Shown in pieces: positions 1 to 8,929 of a stretch of DNA of 34,987 nucleotides. The notes below the pieces were generated by a model, which did no database searches, was not told where the DNA came from, and worked only from the letters and a program-made list of their open reading frames with translations. The position numbers were made by a program, and so were the translations under genes. Position 1 is the first letter of the stretch. Every line of letters starts with the position of its first letter. The stretch comes from Verrucomicrobiota bacterium (lineage in GTDB: Bacteria; Verrucomicrobiota; Verrucomicrobiia; Methylacidiphilales; JBCBYL01): assembly GCA_039027415.1 (NCBI GenBank), contig JBCCKL010000003.1, forward strand, positions 1 to 34,987. The letters run 5' to 3'.

Positions 1-906
1 CACCGCCCGGGAGACGTCCTGATGCATGGCGACCATTTCTTTGGGTGTCAGCGGTTTAAAATCGGTGGCCATCTGCACATTTTCCAGCAGATGCCCGAGG
101 GTATCCAGTCCCACGATGGTACTGGCGATCCCTTCCAGACTTAAAGCATAGCGGACCAGGTCTGAGCCGATGAGTTCTGCATTCCGCGCACGTTTTACCG
201 TCTTCATCGCCACCACGCCCATCTTGCGCTCACGTGCAAGCGGCAACAACTGATCCTCGTAACGGCCTTCATCATCACGAGTACAGGGGTAGACGCTGAG
301 TAACGCATCCGGATCAAAACGGTTGATCGCATCCATCAGGATCTGAGCACCGCTGTGTCCGGTCACTCCAAAATGCGAAATGACTTTTTCATCCCGCAGT
401 TTATGGATCGCCTTCAGGGCACCCTGCTCGATTTCATCCAGATCCGCCTCGGCGGGCAAATTCCAGATATGCATCAGATCAATATGATCGGTTTTTAGCG
501 TCTTCAGGCTGGTTTCGATATCCCGCATAAAGGCGTCGTAGGTGCGCCCCTTACTCTTCGTCACCAGAAAAATGTCATCACGGTGTTGCTGGAGTACCGG
601 AGCAATGAGAGACTCACTTTCCTTATACCCGCGGCTGGTATCCCAGTAATTGATCCCGAATTCCAGCGCTTTTTCCAGAATCATAATCGCAGCTTCCGGG
701 TCCTGGGCCCGCGGCTTGGTAAACGCACTACCTAAGCCCAGCCCTAAAATGGATACCTCCGCCTCGGTTCGCCCCAAGGTGCGGCGGTCGACCGGTTGGA
801 CTGCTGCTGTATTCTCAGCAGCAGATGCCTGACTACCGGCACCTGCTACTCCCAAACCGGCAGCACCCGCCACCGCAGACTTAAGAAAGGTACGTCTGGA
901 GTTCAT
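1..906 (-). CDS. Tat-signal aldo/keto reductase (3' end runs off the window)
   Basis: Not in the ORF track; translated by hand from ATG at 906: MNSRRTFLKSAVAGAAGLG (twin-arginine signal), RRTLGRTEAEVSILGLG, WDTSRGY, FLVTK, SLKTLKTDHIDLMHIW. These are AKR family motifs. Confidence 0.9.
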   Translation of the reverse strand, partial: MNSRRTFLKSAVAGAAGLGVAGAGSQASAAENTAAVQPVDRRTLGRTEAEVSILGLGLGSAFTKPRAQDPEAAIMILEKALEFGINYWDTSRGYKESESLIAPVLQQHRDDIFLVTKSKGRTYDAFMRDIETSLKTLKTDHIDLMHIWNLPAEADLDEIEQGALKAIHKLRDEKVISHFGVTGHSGAQILMDAINRFDPDALLSVYPCTRDDEGRYEDQLLPLARERKMGVVAMKTVKRARNAELIGSDLVRYALSLEGIASTIVGLDTLGHLLENVQMATDFKPLTPKEMVAMHQDVSRAV

Positions 907-919
907 GATAATTTATCAT
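905..919. promoter_or_regulatory. Perfect 7-1-7 palindrome overlapping the AKR start codon; candidate operator
   Basis: ATGATAA-T-TTATCAT, in the divergent intergenic region. Confidence 0.3.
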
Positions 920-1111
920 AGCCAGCAGCAGCCAAACCACAAGCCACGATAATTCAGGGGTCCGATGACCACGCTTAGGCTGCACCTAAGCGCCATGACA
1001 CAACTCTCAAACTTCACCCTTGATTTATCGGTGTATTTTCCGTTTGCTAGCCGTTGTCACACAACTCAATTTACAACTAATCACTTAAAACATACATCAG
1101 GGGAGGCAATC

Positions 1112-1630
1112 ATGTCAGAGGAATCCACCACACCGGAACAACCCAGCATCAACCAGGATAAGCTGCAAACACTGCTGGCAGAGATGGAGCTGCAGCAAAA
1201 TTTACCCATGGGAGTCATCGCGGCAGCGGTCGCAGCCATCATCGGCGCAGCCTTGTGGGCAGTAGTCACCGTGCTGACCCAATATCAGATTGGATTCATG
1301 GCCATCGGGGTCGGCCTGCTGGTCGGATTCGCCGTCAAATATTTCGGAAAAGGAATTACCCCGCTCTACTCCTTTATTGGAGCAGGCTTTTCTTTGCTGG
1401 GCTGCTTACTGGGCAACTTGTTGAGCATCGTAGGATTTATCGGTATTGAAGAAGAGATGTCGTATTTTAGTGTGTTATCGTCACTGGACTACACAGCTAT
1501 CCCCGACGTCATGGTGGCCACCTTCCAGCCCATGGATCTGCTGTTTTACGGATTAGCCATTTATCAGGGCTACAAAATCAGTCTGAACACACTGAGCGAA
1601 GAGCAACTCGCCTCTGTGATGGATAAATAA
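1112..1630 (+). CDS. Hypothetical multi-pass membrane protein
   Basis: ORF 965..1630; likely start MSEEST at 1112 after the SD-like GGGGAGG at 1100-1106; about 4 Gly/Ala-rich hydrophobic helices. Confidence 0.8.
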   Translation: MSEESTTPEQPSINQDKLQTLLAEMELQQNLPMGVIAAAVAAIIGAALWAVVTVLTQYQIGFMAIGVGLLVGFAVKYFGKGITPLYSFIGAGFSLLGCLLGNLLSIVGFIGIEEEMSYFSVLSSLDYTAIPDVMVATFQPMDLLFYGLAIYQGYKISLNTLSEEQLASVMDK

Positions 1631-1684
1631 TCAGGGGCCGTTACGGGAAGATCGGAGGAATCTGTTTCTCCACCCATATGCCAT

Positions 1685-2464
1685 TCATTCCCTGAATTTG
1701 AAGTTATCAAATAGCTTGTCGAATTCCTGCTTTTGACGTTCCGACATATTTTCCGATGTGACGGCAGAAAGTGTGAGCATTTGCCGGTCGTTACAAATAT
1801 AACGCGACCGGATCACTAATTTGGAGTTCTGGAATGATTTACAGGAAAAATCAACGATCGTTTGAGTGTCTGTAGACAAACTCTTGTCACGCTTCACTTC
1901 CTTCACCTTACCTACGTTGGCGATACAGCGTTTAATTTCCGCATCAATGATCGCTTCACGCTGGGCAGCTTCACTCCTGGGTAAGGAAGAAACCGCATAA
2001 TAACCTATGAACAAGGCTGAGTCGCCCAGATTATGACCGAAGGTGGATACGGCAGCCGGTTTTGCCATCAGCAGAAATTCTGAAGTATCCCCCATAGCTC
2101 CATCCAGCAGCTGATAAGAAATTCCCTGATCCTGCGCATCGGTGTCAGCCGGAACATAGATCATACTGGTATAGGTCCGCATCTGGCGGCGGTTTTTAAC
2201 AGTTGGCTCGAAGCGCTTGTCCTCAACACTTTTGCGCGCAGCCTCCAGAAATGCCTGACTTAATTCCACGGGATCATCCTCATTCGAACCGGACAGCAGA
2301 TCTATGGTTTTTACCGGTTCGAACAGCTTCAGCGAACCATCTTCTGCTACCGACAAACTGAACAGGACCAGATAGACCGGAGACTTCTCTGCCGCATGAA
2401 CATTCCAGGGCAGAAACCACAAAGTCATCGCAGTGGCGGTCATGTATAAAAGAAATTGTTTCAT
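1685..2464 (-). CDS. Secreted protein with a possible TonB C-terminal-like domain
   Basis: Signal peptide MKQFLLYMTATAMTLWFLPWNVHA; pattern VLFSLSVAEDGS...FLEAARKSVEDKRFEPTVKN resembles TonB_C. Start uncertain (ORF opens at 2515). Confidence 0.6.
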   Translation of the reverse strand: MKQFLLYMTATAMTLWFLPWNVHAAEKSPVYLVLFSLSVAEDGSLKLFEPVKTIDLLSGSNEDDPVELSQAFLEAARKSVEDKRFEPTVKNRRQMRTYTSMIYVPADTDAQDQGISYQLLDGAMGDTSEFLLMAKPAAVSTFGHNLGDSALFIGYYAVSSLPRSEAAQREAIIDAEIKRCIANVGKVKEVKRDKSLSTDTQTIVDFSCKSFQNSKLVIRSRYICNDRQMLTLSAVTSENMSERQKQEFDKLFDNFKFRE

Positions 2465-2543
2465 CTGATTTAGAGGCGCAGCCTGCAATGCGTTCTTATG
2501 AACTATCTGGAACATATGGATTTAATCAATGCCATATGGTGGT

Positions 2544-3357
2544 CTACCAACTCGATTGGGACTGGGCATATACCATTTCAAAAATCGGCAGGCGTTGCCA
2601 ATTGTTTTGCTGCGCCGCCTGCTTGGCCCATGCATACGCTTCCTCGTATCCTGAAAACTCACGCCCAGCATGCTGGTTGCACACTTTAATCAACCGGTCT
2701 GCCAGATAGCGATGCTCGCGGAATGTGGAATCAAACTGCAGTAAGGTCGCTATCACCATACCCTGCATGGCCTGATTCCCGAGTTGATCATAGCTGCCCG
2801 CATAGCGTTTGATAATTTCGCGCTGGCGCTTGATCGGGAGACTGACCGGATCTTCCACTTCCACATGTTCCACATTCAGATACCGGCGCATCACTTCCTG
2901 AACTTTTTCATGCCGTTCTGCGGCAAGTTCCGCTACCGAAAAAATCTTCGAGCACCCGGCGATAAGTTAGGGCTTTCATGCTCATTTCCATCATGGTTTG
3001 ATGCAGGTGCAACCAGGCCCCCATGGCGCTAGCCACCAATAAAACCACAGCAAGCGATGCCTGCACGCATGAACTCCAGCACAGCCAGATCGACTCGGCT
3101 CGACGAATCAGCACCAGCACCCAGGCCAGCAACACCACTCCAGCTAAAATCAGCAGCAACACCCCCAGCATTGAAGCATTTCTGACCAGAAACGCTGCCC
3201 ACTCCATTCCTCGACCCACCGGCACGACCACCTGATTATATTCTGCGATGTAGAGTATTTTAGGTCGAATAAACCACGCCTGAAACAGCAGACACAGCCC
3301 ACTTCCCAGAGGAATTAAGGTGGTTAGAATTGCGAAGGGAAGCCGTTGCCTCATCAA
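2544..3357 (-). pseudogene. Frameshifted membrane protein gene (ORFs 2908..3357 and 2544..2894 are probably one CDS)
   Basis: Removing one base from the A6 run at 2939-2944 fuses both ORFs into 270 codons reading ...RRVLEDFSVAELAAERHEKVQEVMRRYLN... Confidence 0.6.
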
Positions 3358-3395
3358 CGCAATCTACAATGGAACCCGGATGATTGTCGAGTGAT

Positions 3396-3453
3396 AGCCA
3401 GAAGACGCGGAATGGCATTTTCGAATCTGCGCCCATCCGCGAATTTCTGCAGC
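3396..3453. repeat. Degenerate REP-like element of the ATCTGCG family
   Basis: AATCTGCG-ccc-ATCCGCGA-at-TTCTGCAGC at 3424-3453; similar to the units at 4011-4070. Confidence 0.4.
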
Positions 3454-3588
3454 AAAATCAACCCACCCAGGGAATGACATGACCGGGCCAAAGCCTTTTT
3501 GAACCTGAACAGCCTTTGTTTCTCCTGAAGCCCGCCCCTAGTAAAACATTGGTTTTAACACAGACGTATTGATACATTCCTGATTGCG

Positions 3589-4011
3589 ATGATGTACAAG
3601 ATTACCATCAAGGGGCAGGCTCTGGCCTATTTCATTACCATTGGAGCGGTTTTACTCTATTACTTTTTTTCCGATCACTAGATGCCGCTTAGAGGTCAAA
3701 TCTTCCTGCTGCTCTTATTTGTTCCCTGCTGGATTCTGATGCATGGATATCTGGTTGCGATATCGCCGATTCTGGCCATACGATCCATCAGAGTGTTGAT
3801 GTCACTACCCTATTTCGGGACCTTTTTCATGACCATCCCCTTAGCCATCCCCATCCCGTTTTACTTGAGCGTCATGGTTCGGCTGACAAAAAAGTATCCC
3901 GAATATGCAGATTGGATGATATTTCCCTTAATCGCTCTCGTGCCCATGTATCTGGTAGGCATTCATCAAGTCATCGCAGGGTATAACGATAGGGAACTTA
4001 TCCGCAGATAG
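3589..4011 (+). pseudogene. Membrane protein gene interrupted by an in-frame TAG at 3679-3681 (alternatively CDS 3682..4011 alone)
   Basis: ATG at 3589 gives MMYKITIKGQALAYFITIGAVLLYYFFSDH*, directly followed in frame by the hydrophobic 109-aa ORF MPLRGQIFLLLL... Confidence 0.5.
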
Positions 4012-4144
4012 GCTGCAAAATTTTCACAGATTAAAAAAAACAGGTCTGGAATCTGCGTTCATCTGCGAAGTCTTTACCTTAAGTAAACTAAACAATTTAG
4101 ACATCACGTTTAACGAGCTCTGCACTGTAATTTTCTGCGGATAA
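3998..4144. repeat. Inverted-repeat-bounded REP/MITE-like element between convergent genes
   Basis: TTATCCGCAGA (3998-4008) and its exact reverse complement TCTGCGGATAA (4134-4144); internal TTCACAGATT / AATCTGCG / ATCTGCGAA units. Confidence 0.45.
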
Positions 4145-4147
4145 ACC

Positions 4148-4711
4148 TCACCCCGTCTTGGCGATGAGATTCAGCTTGATGACGACTTTGTCTTTGATGA
4201 GGTTGTCCGCCATGCCCTTGTAGGTGATTCCAAAATCCTGCCGGTTGATCTCAAACTCGGCAGTGATCGTGGCCGAGTCCCCTTGCTGCTTTACTGCGGT
4301 CGGAAAGGTGATGTTTTTGGTGACGCCGCGCAAGGTGAAGTCACCGGAGAGGTGGTAGACGCCTTCGGATTTTTTCTCAAATTTGGTTGCCACAAATTTA
4401 CTTTCGGGATGTGCTTCCACCTCAAAGAAATCCGGCGAGAGCAGGTGCCCGGTCAACTTATCGTTATCTGACCAGGTGGATTTCATATCGATCACAAACT
4501 GACCAGACTTCGGCTCTCCTTCTGTCAGCTCAAAACTGCCGGTGAACTTCTTGAATCCCCCTTCATGGCTGCCGACCACCTTGGAGCCCACAAACCCGAT
4601 AGTGGATTTCTCGTCAAAGGTAAAGGTCTCCGCCTGACTGGAGAATGAAATGGTAAGGATGCTCAAAAGAGCAGTGAATACGACTGTAGGGAAATGAGTG
4701 CTGGTTTTCAT
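4148..4711 (-). CDS. YceI family periplasmic lipid/polyisoprenoid-binding protein
   Basis: Signal peptide followed by STIGFVGSK, HEGGF, HLLSPDFFEVEAHP, GDFTLRGVTK and INRQDFGI. Likely start MKTSTH at 4711. Confidence 0.93.
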   Translation of the reverse strand: MKTSTHFPTVVFTALLSILTISFSSQAETFTFDEKSTIGFVGSKVVGSHEGGFKKFTGSFELTEGEPKSGQFVIDMKSTWSDNDKLTGHLLSPDFFEVEAHPESKFVATKFEKKSEGVYHLSGDFTLRGVTKNITFPTAVKQQGDSATITAEFEINRQDFGITYKGMADNLIKDKVVIKLNLIAKTG

Positions 4712-4767
4712 AACAAGGAATCTATCACTCATCCTGCGTTAGCCGCAAATACCTTGTTTTTCTTACC

Positions 4768-4785
4768 TTATGCGTTTTAGTTATA
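4768..4785. promoter_or_regulatory. LysR-type T-N11-A binding box
   Basis: TTATGCGTTTTAGTTATA with T4771-N11-A4783 and imperfect dyad symmetry, between the divergent LysR and YceI genes. Confidence 0.55.
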
Positions 4786-4789
4786 CCCC

Positions 4790-5671
4790 ATGGAACTGAG
4801 ACATCTGCGTTACTTCGTCATGACCGCCCAGGCAGGCAGCGTGAACCGCGCTTCCGAGCGGCTGTTTGTCTCGCAACCTGCGGTGTCTCGCCAAATTAAG
4901 GACCTCGAGGATGAACTCGGAATGCCGCTCTTTATCCGGGAACCGACCGGCTTGAGCCTGACCCCGGCCGGTGAAACCGCGCTGGTTCACGCCCGTGACA
5001 TTCTGATGAAAGCCGAAGGACTGCAGACCGCCTTAAAGACATTCTCTGAGAACAACGCCCGACATAGCTTGAAAGTCGGTTATCTGCCCACTGCCTTACC
5101 CGGCTTTCTCGCCACCGGCATGCGGCGCTTCAAACAGCAGGTGTCCGGAGTTGAGCTGCAGATCACCGAGATGTCACCTGTAGAACAGGAAGAGGCGCTA
5201 CGCGACGGTAAGATTGACCTCGGCCTGATCGGCGACCCTGAGGACCATTTACGCCGGGAATTTCAGGTGGAACACATTCTGAAAACCGAGTTCGCGATGC
5301 TGGTGCCCGAAGACCATCCGCTGGCCACTCGCAAGTCCGTCTCCCTCTCTGAATTTGGTAACGATCCCTTCGCTACCCTGAGCGAGAAAAAGTTCCCGGG
5401 TCGTACCGAGATGATGCAGGACTTTTTCGGAAAAGCCGGAATTTCCCCTGAAATTGTCTGCGCAGCCGAAGGCCTCTCGGAGCTGCTCGGTCTGATCGGA
5501 GCCGGCGACCTGGTCGCCATCGCGCCGGCAGATCTGGTGCAACTCCCGCATACAGGCGTCTGTTTCCTGCCGCTCAAACAGCCGAAAAAGACACTGTACT
5601 TCTCCGCCATGTGGTGCAAAGGCGATGAACCCAAGGGACTGCGCGAACTGGTACAAAACATGAAGTCGTGA
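4790..5671 (+). CDS. LysR family transcriptional regulator (BenM/CatM/HcaR-like)
   Basis: MELRHLRYF...SVNRASERLFVSQPAVSRQIKDLEDELG HTH, LTPAGE, and a LysR substrate-binding domain; 293 aa. Confidence 0.96.
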   Translation: MELRHLRYFVMTAQAGSVNRASERLFVSQPAVSRQIKDLEDELGMPLFIREPTGLSLTPAGETALVHARDILMKAEGLQTALKTFSENNARHSLKVGYLPTALPGFLATGMRRFKQQVSGVELQITEMSPVEQEEALRDGKIDLGLIGDPEDHLRREFQVEHILKTEFAMLVPEDHPLATRKSVSLSEFGNDPFATLSEKKFPGRTEMMQDFFGKAGISPEIVCAAEGLSELLGLIGAGDLVAIAPADLVQLPHTGVCFLPLKQPKKTLYFSAMWCKGDEPKGLRELVQNMKS

Positions 5672-5758
5672 CAATCCTGTGGTTTAATCCGCACCCATAC
5701 TGTCGCAGAAGGTAAGTTTTTTATTTAATTCCTTTCATCCAACTCCTAACGTTTGCGG

Positions 5759-6622
5759 ATGATGCAATTCCAACCGCAAGCGCTTTATCAACACTCCGGA
5801 AAATTTACGCTCAAAGGCCTGATGGCCATGGCTGTATCCGGACTCATTGCGGGCGTGATTTGCGGAACGCTCTATGCACTGGCCATTCGCTACATTCCCT
5901 TCATCTACCTCAACTTCCTGGTCACCTTCGGGTTTGGTCTCATCATGTCTGCAGCCATAGGTGTGGCCGCTAAATCCGGGCATGTCAGAAATCGTGTCGT
6001 TATCGGAATTACCGGATTCTTTGTTGCACTGATCTCCCTGTATTGGAGTTATGTGTTCAAGTATTTTATTCTAACAGGCTATCAGGGAATGGTTTTTAAT
6101 CCTCAGCACCTCTGGATACTGATCGAGTTGTATGTCCATTCAGAGCCATGGAGTCTGGGAAGCTCCGGTAACCTCGCTCCAGGGCCTGCCATTCATTATC
6201 TCCTGATGGTGCTGGAATTTGTAATCATTGTCGTTTTAATGGGCACGCTGTTGACTTCGAGCAATATTAACGATGAAGCCTATTGTGAGGAGTCGAATGA
6301 ATGGGCCGAACTGACGGAAGTGCTCGGTCCGTTTAAAGGGCTCACCAGCCATGAGCAGCTCACGCAGACCTTAAGTAACGGCGGATTCGGATGGATCCCG
6401 GAGCTGGAACCGGCAACTGAAACGGATATGAGTCAGTTAAAGGTCGATGTATTGCAGGCCCCCAACCATTCCCAGTTTAACCTCATTACCCTCAAAGAAC
6501 TGGTTTACACGCAAAAAAAGGGGCAGCAGGAACTCGAATGCAAAGAAAACACGCTGGTCTCTCGCGCCTTCATCTCTACAGATGCCCTGAACGAGCTGAA
6601 ACAAAAGCAGCCGCAAGTGTAA
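5759..6622 (+). CDS. Hypothetical membrane protein with a soluble C-terminal domain
   Basis: About 4 TM helices in the N-terminal half and a polar C-terminal domain; ORF 5753..6622, ATG at 5759. Confidence 0.8.
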   Translation: MMQFQPQALYQHSGKFTLKGLMAMAVSGLIAGVICGTLYALAIRYIPFIYLNFLVTFGFGLIMSAAIGVAAKSGHVRNRVVIGITGFFVALISLYWSYVFKYFILTGYQGMVFNPQHLWILIELYVHSEPWSLGSSGNLAPGPAIHYLLMVLEFVIIVVLMGTLLTSSNINDEAYCEESNEWAELTEVLGPFKGLTSHEQLTQTLSNGGFGWIPELEPATETDMSQLKVDVLQAPNHSQFNLITLKELVYTQKKGQQELECKENTLVSRAFISTDALNELKQKQPQV

Positions 6623-6656
6623 TTCATTGCGTTTGCGGCGATGAGAGAAACCAAGT

Positions 6657-7445
6657 TTATGGAAGAGCCAGCTCCCTGGAGCCTGCAGGCACACTGAAAT
6701 CTGCCTGACTGTGTTGCAGGTAGGTGATGTTCTTTACCCGACCCGTGCCCTTAGGGGAATCCCCCACCTGTTGGCGCGTGTCCGGGTTCCACAACCAGAA
6801 TTCATACTGCCGGGCAATACGCGGACCGTCTCCATCCGTATAGTCAGAATAGTAAATAATCGACGGTTGCTTATTGGCTGTTGCTGCATCTTTCCCGTAG
6901 GTCACAATATAAGACATTTTATCAATCAGCCCCGAATCCGGATGAATAAAAAAGCGATACCAGTCATCCGGGGTGTCTCCCGCATCAGCAGCAAAAGTCT
7001 GATACAGTGTCTGATAGTCCGTCTCACCAATACGGCGCACTTCCGGTTGCGACAGAGTGATACCGTCCCCCTGCATGCGAAAAGGAGCCATCACAAACCA
7101 CGGCCAGGTCAGCACATGGAAACGCCCCATCGGAGCATCGACGTTGCCGAGAGAAACCCAGGCGGTCGTTCCGTCATAGATGATACTGACTCCATCTTTG
7201 CGATCATAGCGCGCACGGCCACCATGTGCTTCGAAGGTAAAAGTACCATCCACCATGACCGCACCACCAAACACGACGTGCACCTCAGCCTGTACGATTT
7301 CCTTATCCGCCCAGGCACTCATGTGATGGGCCTGCTGTGCGGCATCGGCAATTTTCTCAGCAGATGTTTGAGCCAGTACCGAGGCCGTTAGCAGAAAAAG
7401 TAGGAGTGGGACCATTTTTCGACAGGTGTTCATCGTTTTTATCAT
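6657..7445 (-). CDS. Secreted protein, DUF6503-like
   Basis: Signal peptide (…LTASVLA/Q); motifs PWFVMAPFRMQGDG and GDTPDDWYRFFIHP...MSYIVTYG recalled from this family. Confidence 0.65.
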   Translation of the reverse strand: MIKTMNTCRKMVPLLLFLLTASVLAQTSAEKIADAAQQAHHMSAWADKEIVQAEVHVVFGGAVMVDGTFTFEAHGGRARYDRKDGVSIIYDGTTAWVSLGNVDAPMGRFHVLTWPWFVMAPFRMQGDGITLSQPEVRRIGETDYQTLYQTFAADAGDTPDDWYRFFIHPDSGLIDKMSYIVTYGKDAATANKQPSIIYYSDYTDGDGPRIARQYEFWLWNPDTRQQVGDSPKGTGRVKNITYLQHSQADFSVPAGSRELALP

Positions 7446-7547
7446 GATAGGACTAGCATAGTCAGAAGCCTTAAAAGGGCAAATCGTAGATGCATAGTTG
7501 CCTGAATGCTACCCGCCGCAAGGTCATCAAAATCACACGCACCGTCT

Positions 7548-8408
7548 TTAAGGTGCTCGGTAGGTCGAGCGATGGCTCCAACGGGAACCCGTGTAATCCG
7601 TCGTCTTGCGGGAGCCGGTATTGACCCAGAACTTCTCGCGATTGAACATGTATACCGGCTCGTATTCTGTGGCCTGTTCCGCATTAGGATACGCAAGATT
7701 GCGGAAGCGTGGCTTGTTACAGGTAGCTTCCATCAGGAAGACCTTTCCCTGCTGAAACAGGACCACCCAGACATGATACTGCTCCTTGCGATACCCGATC
7801 ACGACTCTTGCATCATGCCCCATCTCGATCAGCCAGTCGGCCAGGGCGACAGCAAAGTCTTCACAGTCTCCACTGGGATTGTGATGCGCCTCATAAGATG
7901 TCTGCCAGACATCACGCTCACCGAGATACTGAACATGATCTTCCTGATAGGACTTTCTCTGGCTGAGCACGTAATGCGGCACCCAGGTTTCTGTCGTCTT
8001 AAACGGTGCATAGCCCGTCAGAAAAGAACTCAGAAAATGCAGCTTTTGATCTGTGCCTTTCTTGGTAAGGTGGATTTCCTTTTCATCATAGCGGTAGCGT
8101 GCCCCGTGGCCGGTGCCGTCCCAATCCGCATTCATTTGACCCTCACTGAGCGTCTTATGCTGTAAGTGCTCCGTCTGGGCTCCTCCGAAACGGCATCGGG
8201 GTTCAGGTTGGGCCAGTGCTGCCTCGGCCCGATCCAGCAAAGATTGCTGATAGGCAAGATCCGCCTGTCGCTTCTGCTCTGCGATAGTTAGCCGCTCTCC
8301 CGCTTGCGCTTCATGTTCTTCCAGATTGGACCAAAGACCTAAGAGCACCACCATTCCGAGGATGACTAAACATACCGTCTTCGCGCGTTGGACCCATTCT
8401 TCCTTCAT
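7548..8408 (-). CDS. Membrane-anchored transglutaminase-like cysteine protease (BTLCP/C93-like)
   Basis: N-terminal TM helix; DVWQTSYE...GDCEDFAVAL...HVWVVL...FLMEAT gives a Cys-His-acid triad pattern. Confidence 0.85.
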   Translation of the reverse strand: MKEEWVQRAKTVCLVILGMVVLLGLWSNLEEHEAQAGERLTIAEQKRQADLAYQQSLLDRAEAALAQPEPRCRFGGAQTEHLQHKTLSEGQMNADWDGTGHGARYRYDEKEIHLTKKGTDQKLHFLSSFLTGYAPFKTTETWVPHYVLSQRKSYQEDHVQYLGERDVWQTSYEAHHNPSGDCEDFAVALADWLIEMGHDARVVIGYRKEQYHVWVVLFQQGKVFLMEATCNKPRFRNLAYPNAEQATEYEPVYMFNREKFWVNTGSRKTTDYTGSRWSHRSTYRAP

Positions 8409-8597
8409 AGCTATCTAATTCGTCAACCTGAAGCCTTCGAATTCTACCCTCAGATACGTTTAAGCCGTTTCACTATCATGAATAAGAACGAACGTAATTT
8501 CCGGGGAATGCATTATGATATACCCAATCCGCATAACAACCCCTTCTAAGGGATAGCCATTGACGACGACCAAAACATATTCTGCTATACATAGCCT

Positions 8598-8780
8598 ATG
8601 AAAAAATATCTCTTCTTAGCGATCGGCGGCCTGATCCTGAATGGCTTTGGTCTTTCACTGCTGGGGGAGGCCATCATACAGAAGGCGCAGGGCGGGGCAT
8701 GGTTCTGGTTGGGAACGCTTTCGTTAATCTGCATCAACGCCGGTATCTGTCTCGTGATCGAAGCTGCCAAAAGGCGCTAG
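8598..8780 (+). CDS. Small two-TM membrane protein
   Basis: 60 aa, two hydrophobic helices, basic termini (MKK…, …KRR). Confidence 0.7.
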   Translation: MKKYLFLAIGGLILNGFGLSLLGEAIIQKAQGGAWFWLGTLSLICINAGICLVIEAAKRR

Positions 8781-8929
8781 CACTGAAGTTCACATAGGGA
8801 GTAAAGCACTCGAGCCCGTTTCACCGCCTGAACTCTGCGAGTGATTCTCTTTCTATTATCCGAATCCTTTTGACTCCTTCAGAAACGATGGGCATGAATA
8901 GAATCTTTATCAGAACGTCTATACCCCGA

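Noticed and set aside
949-1640. Imperfect direct repeats ATAATTCAGGGGTCCG (949-964) and ATAATCAGGGGCCG (1627-1640) flanking one gene
   Set aside because: Short, needs two indels, and no mobility gene nearby; chance cannot be excluded.
3679-3681. Genome-wide TAG recoding or pyrrolysine
   Set aside because: TAG ends several conserved genes at their expected C-termini (pilT, the XRE gene, DUF4870), and no pyl genes are present in the window.
6711-8165. Long + strand ORFs 6711..7391 (226 aa) and 7506..8165 (219 aa)
   Set aside because: They lie almost wholly antisense to better-supported genes with signal peptides and family motifs, and show no motifs themselves; treated as shadow ORFs.
8478-8549. 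23-aa small ORF MNKNERNFRGMHYDIPNPHNNPF
   Set aside because: No SD and no known motif; an ORF this short is expected by chance.
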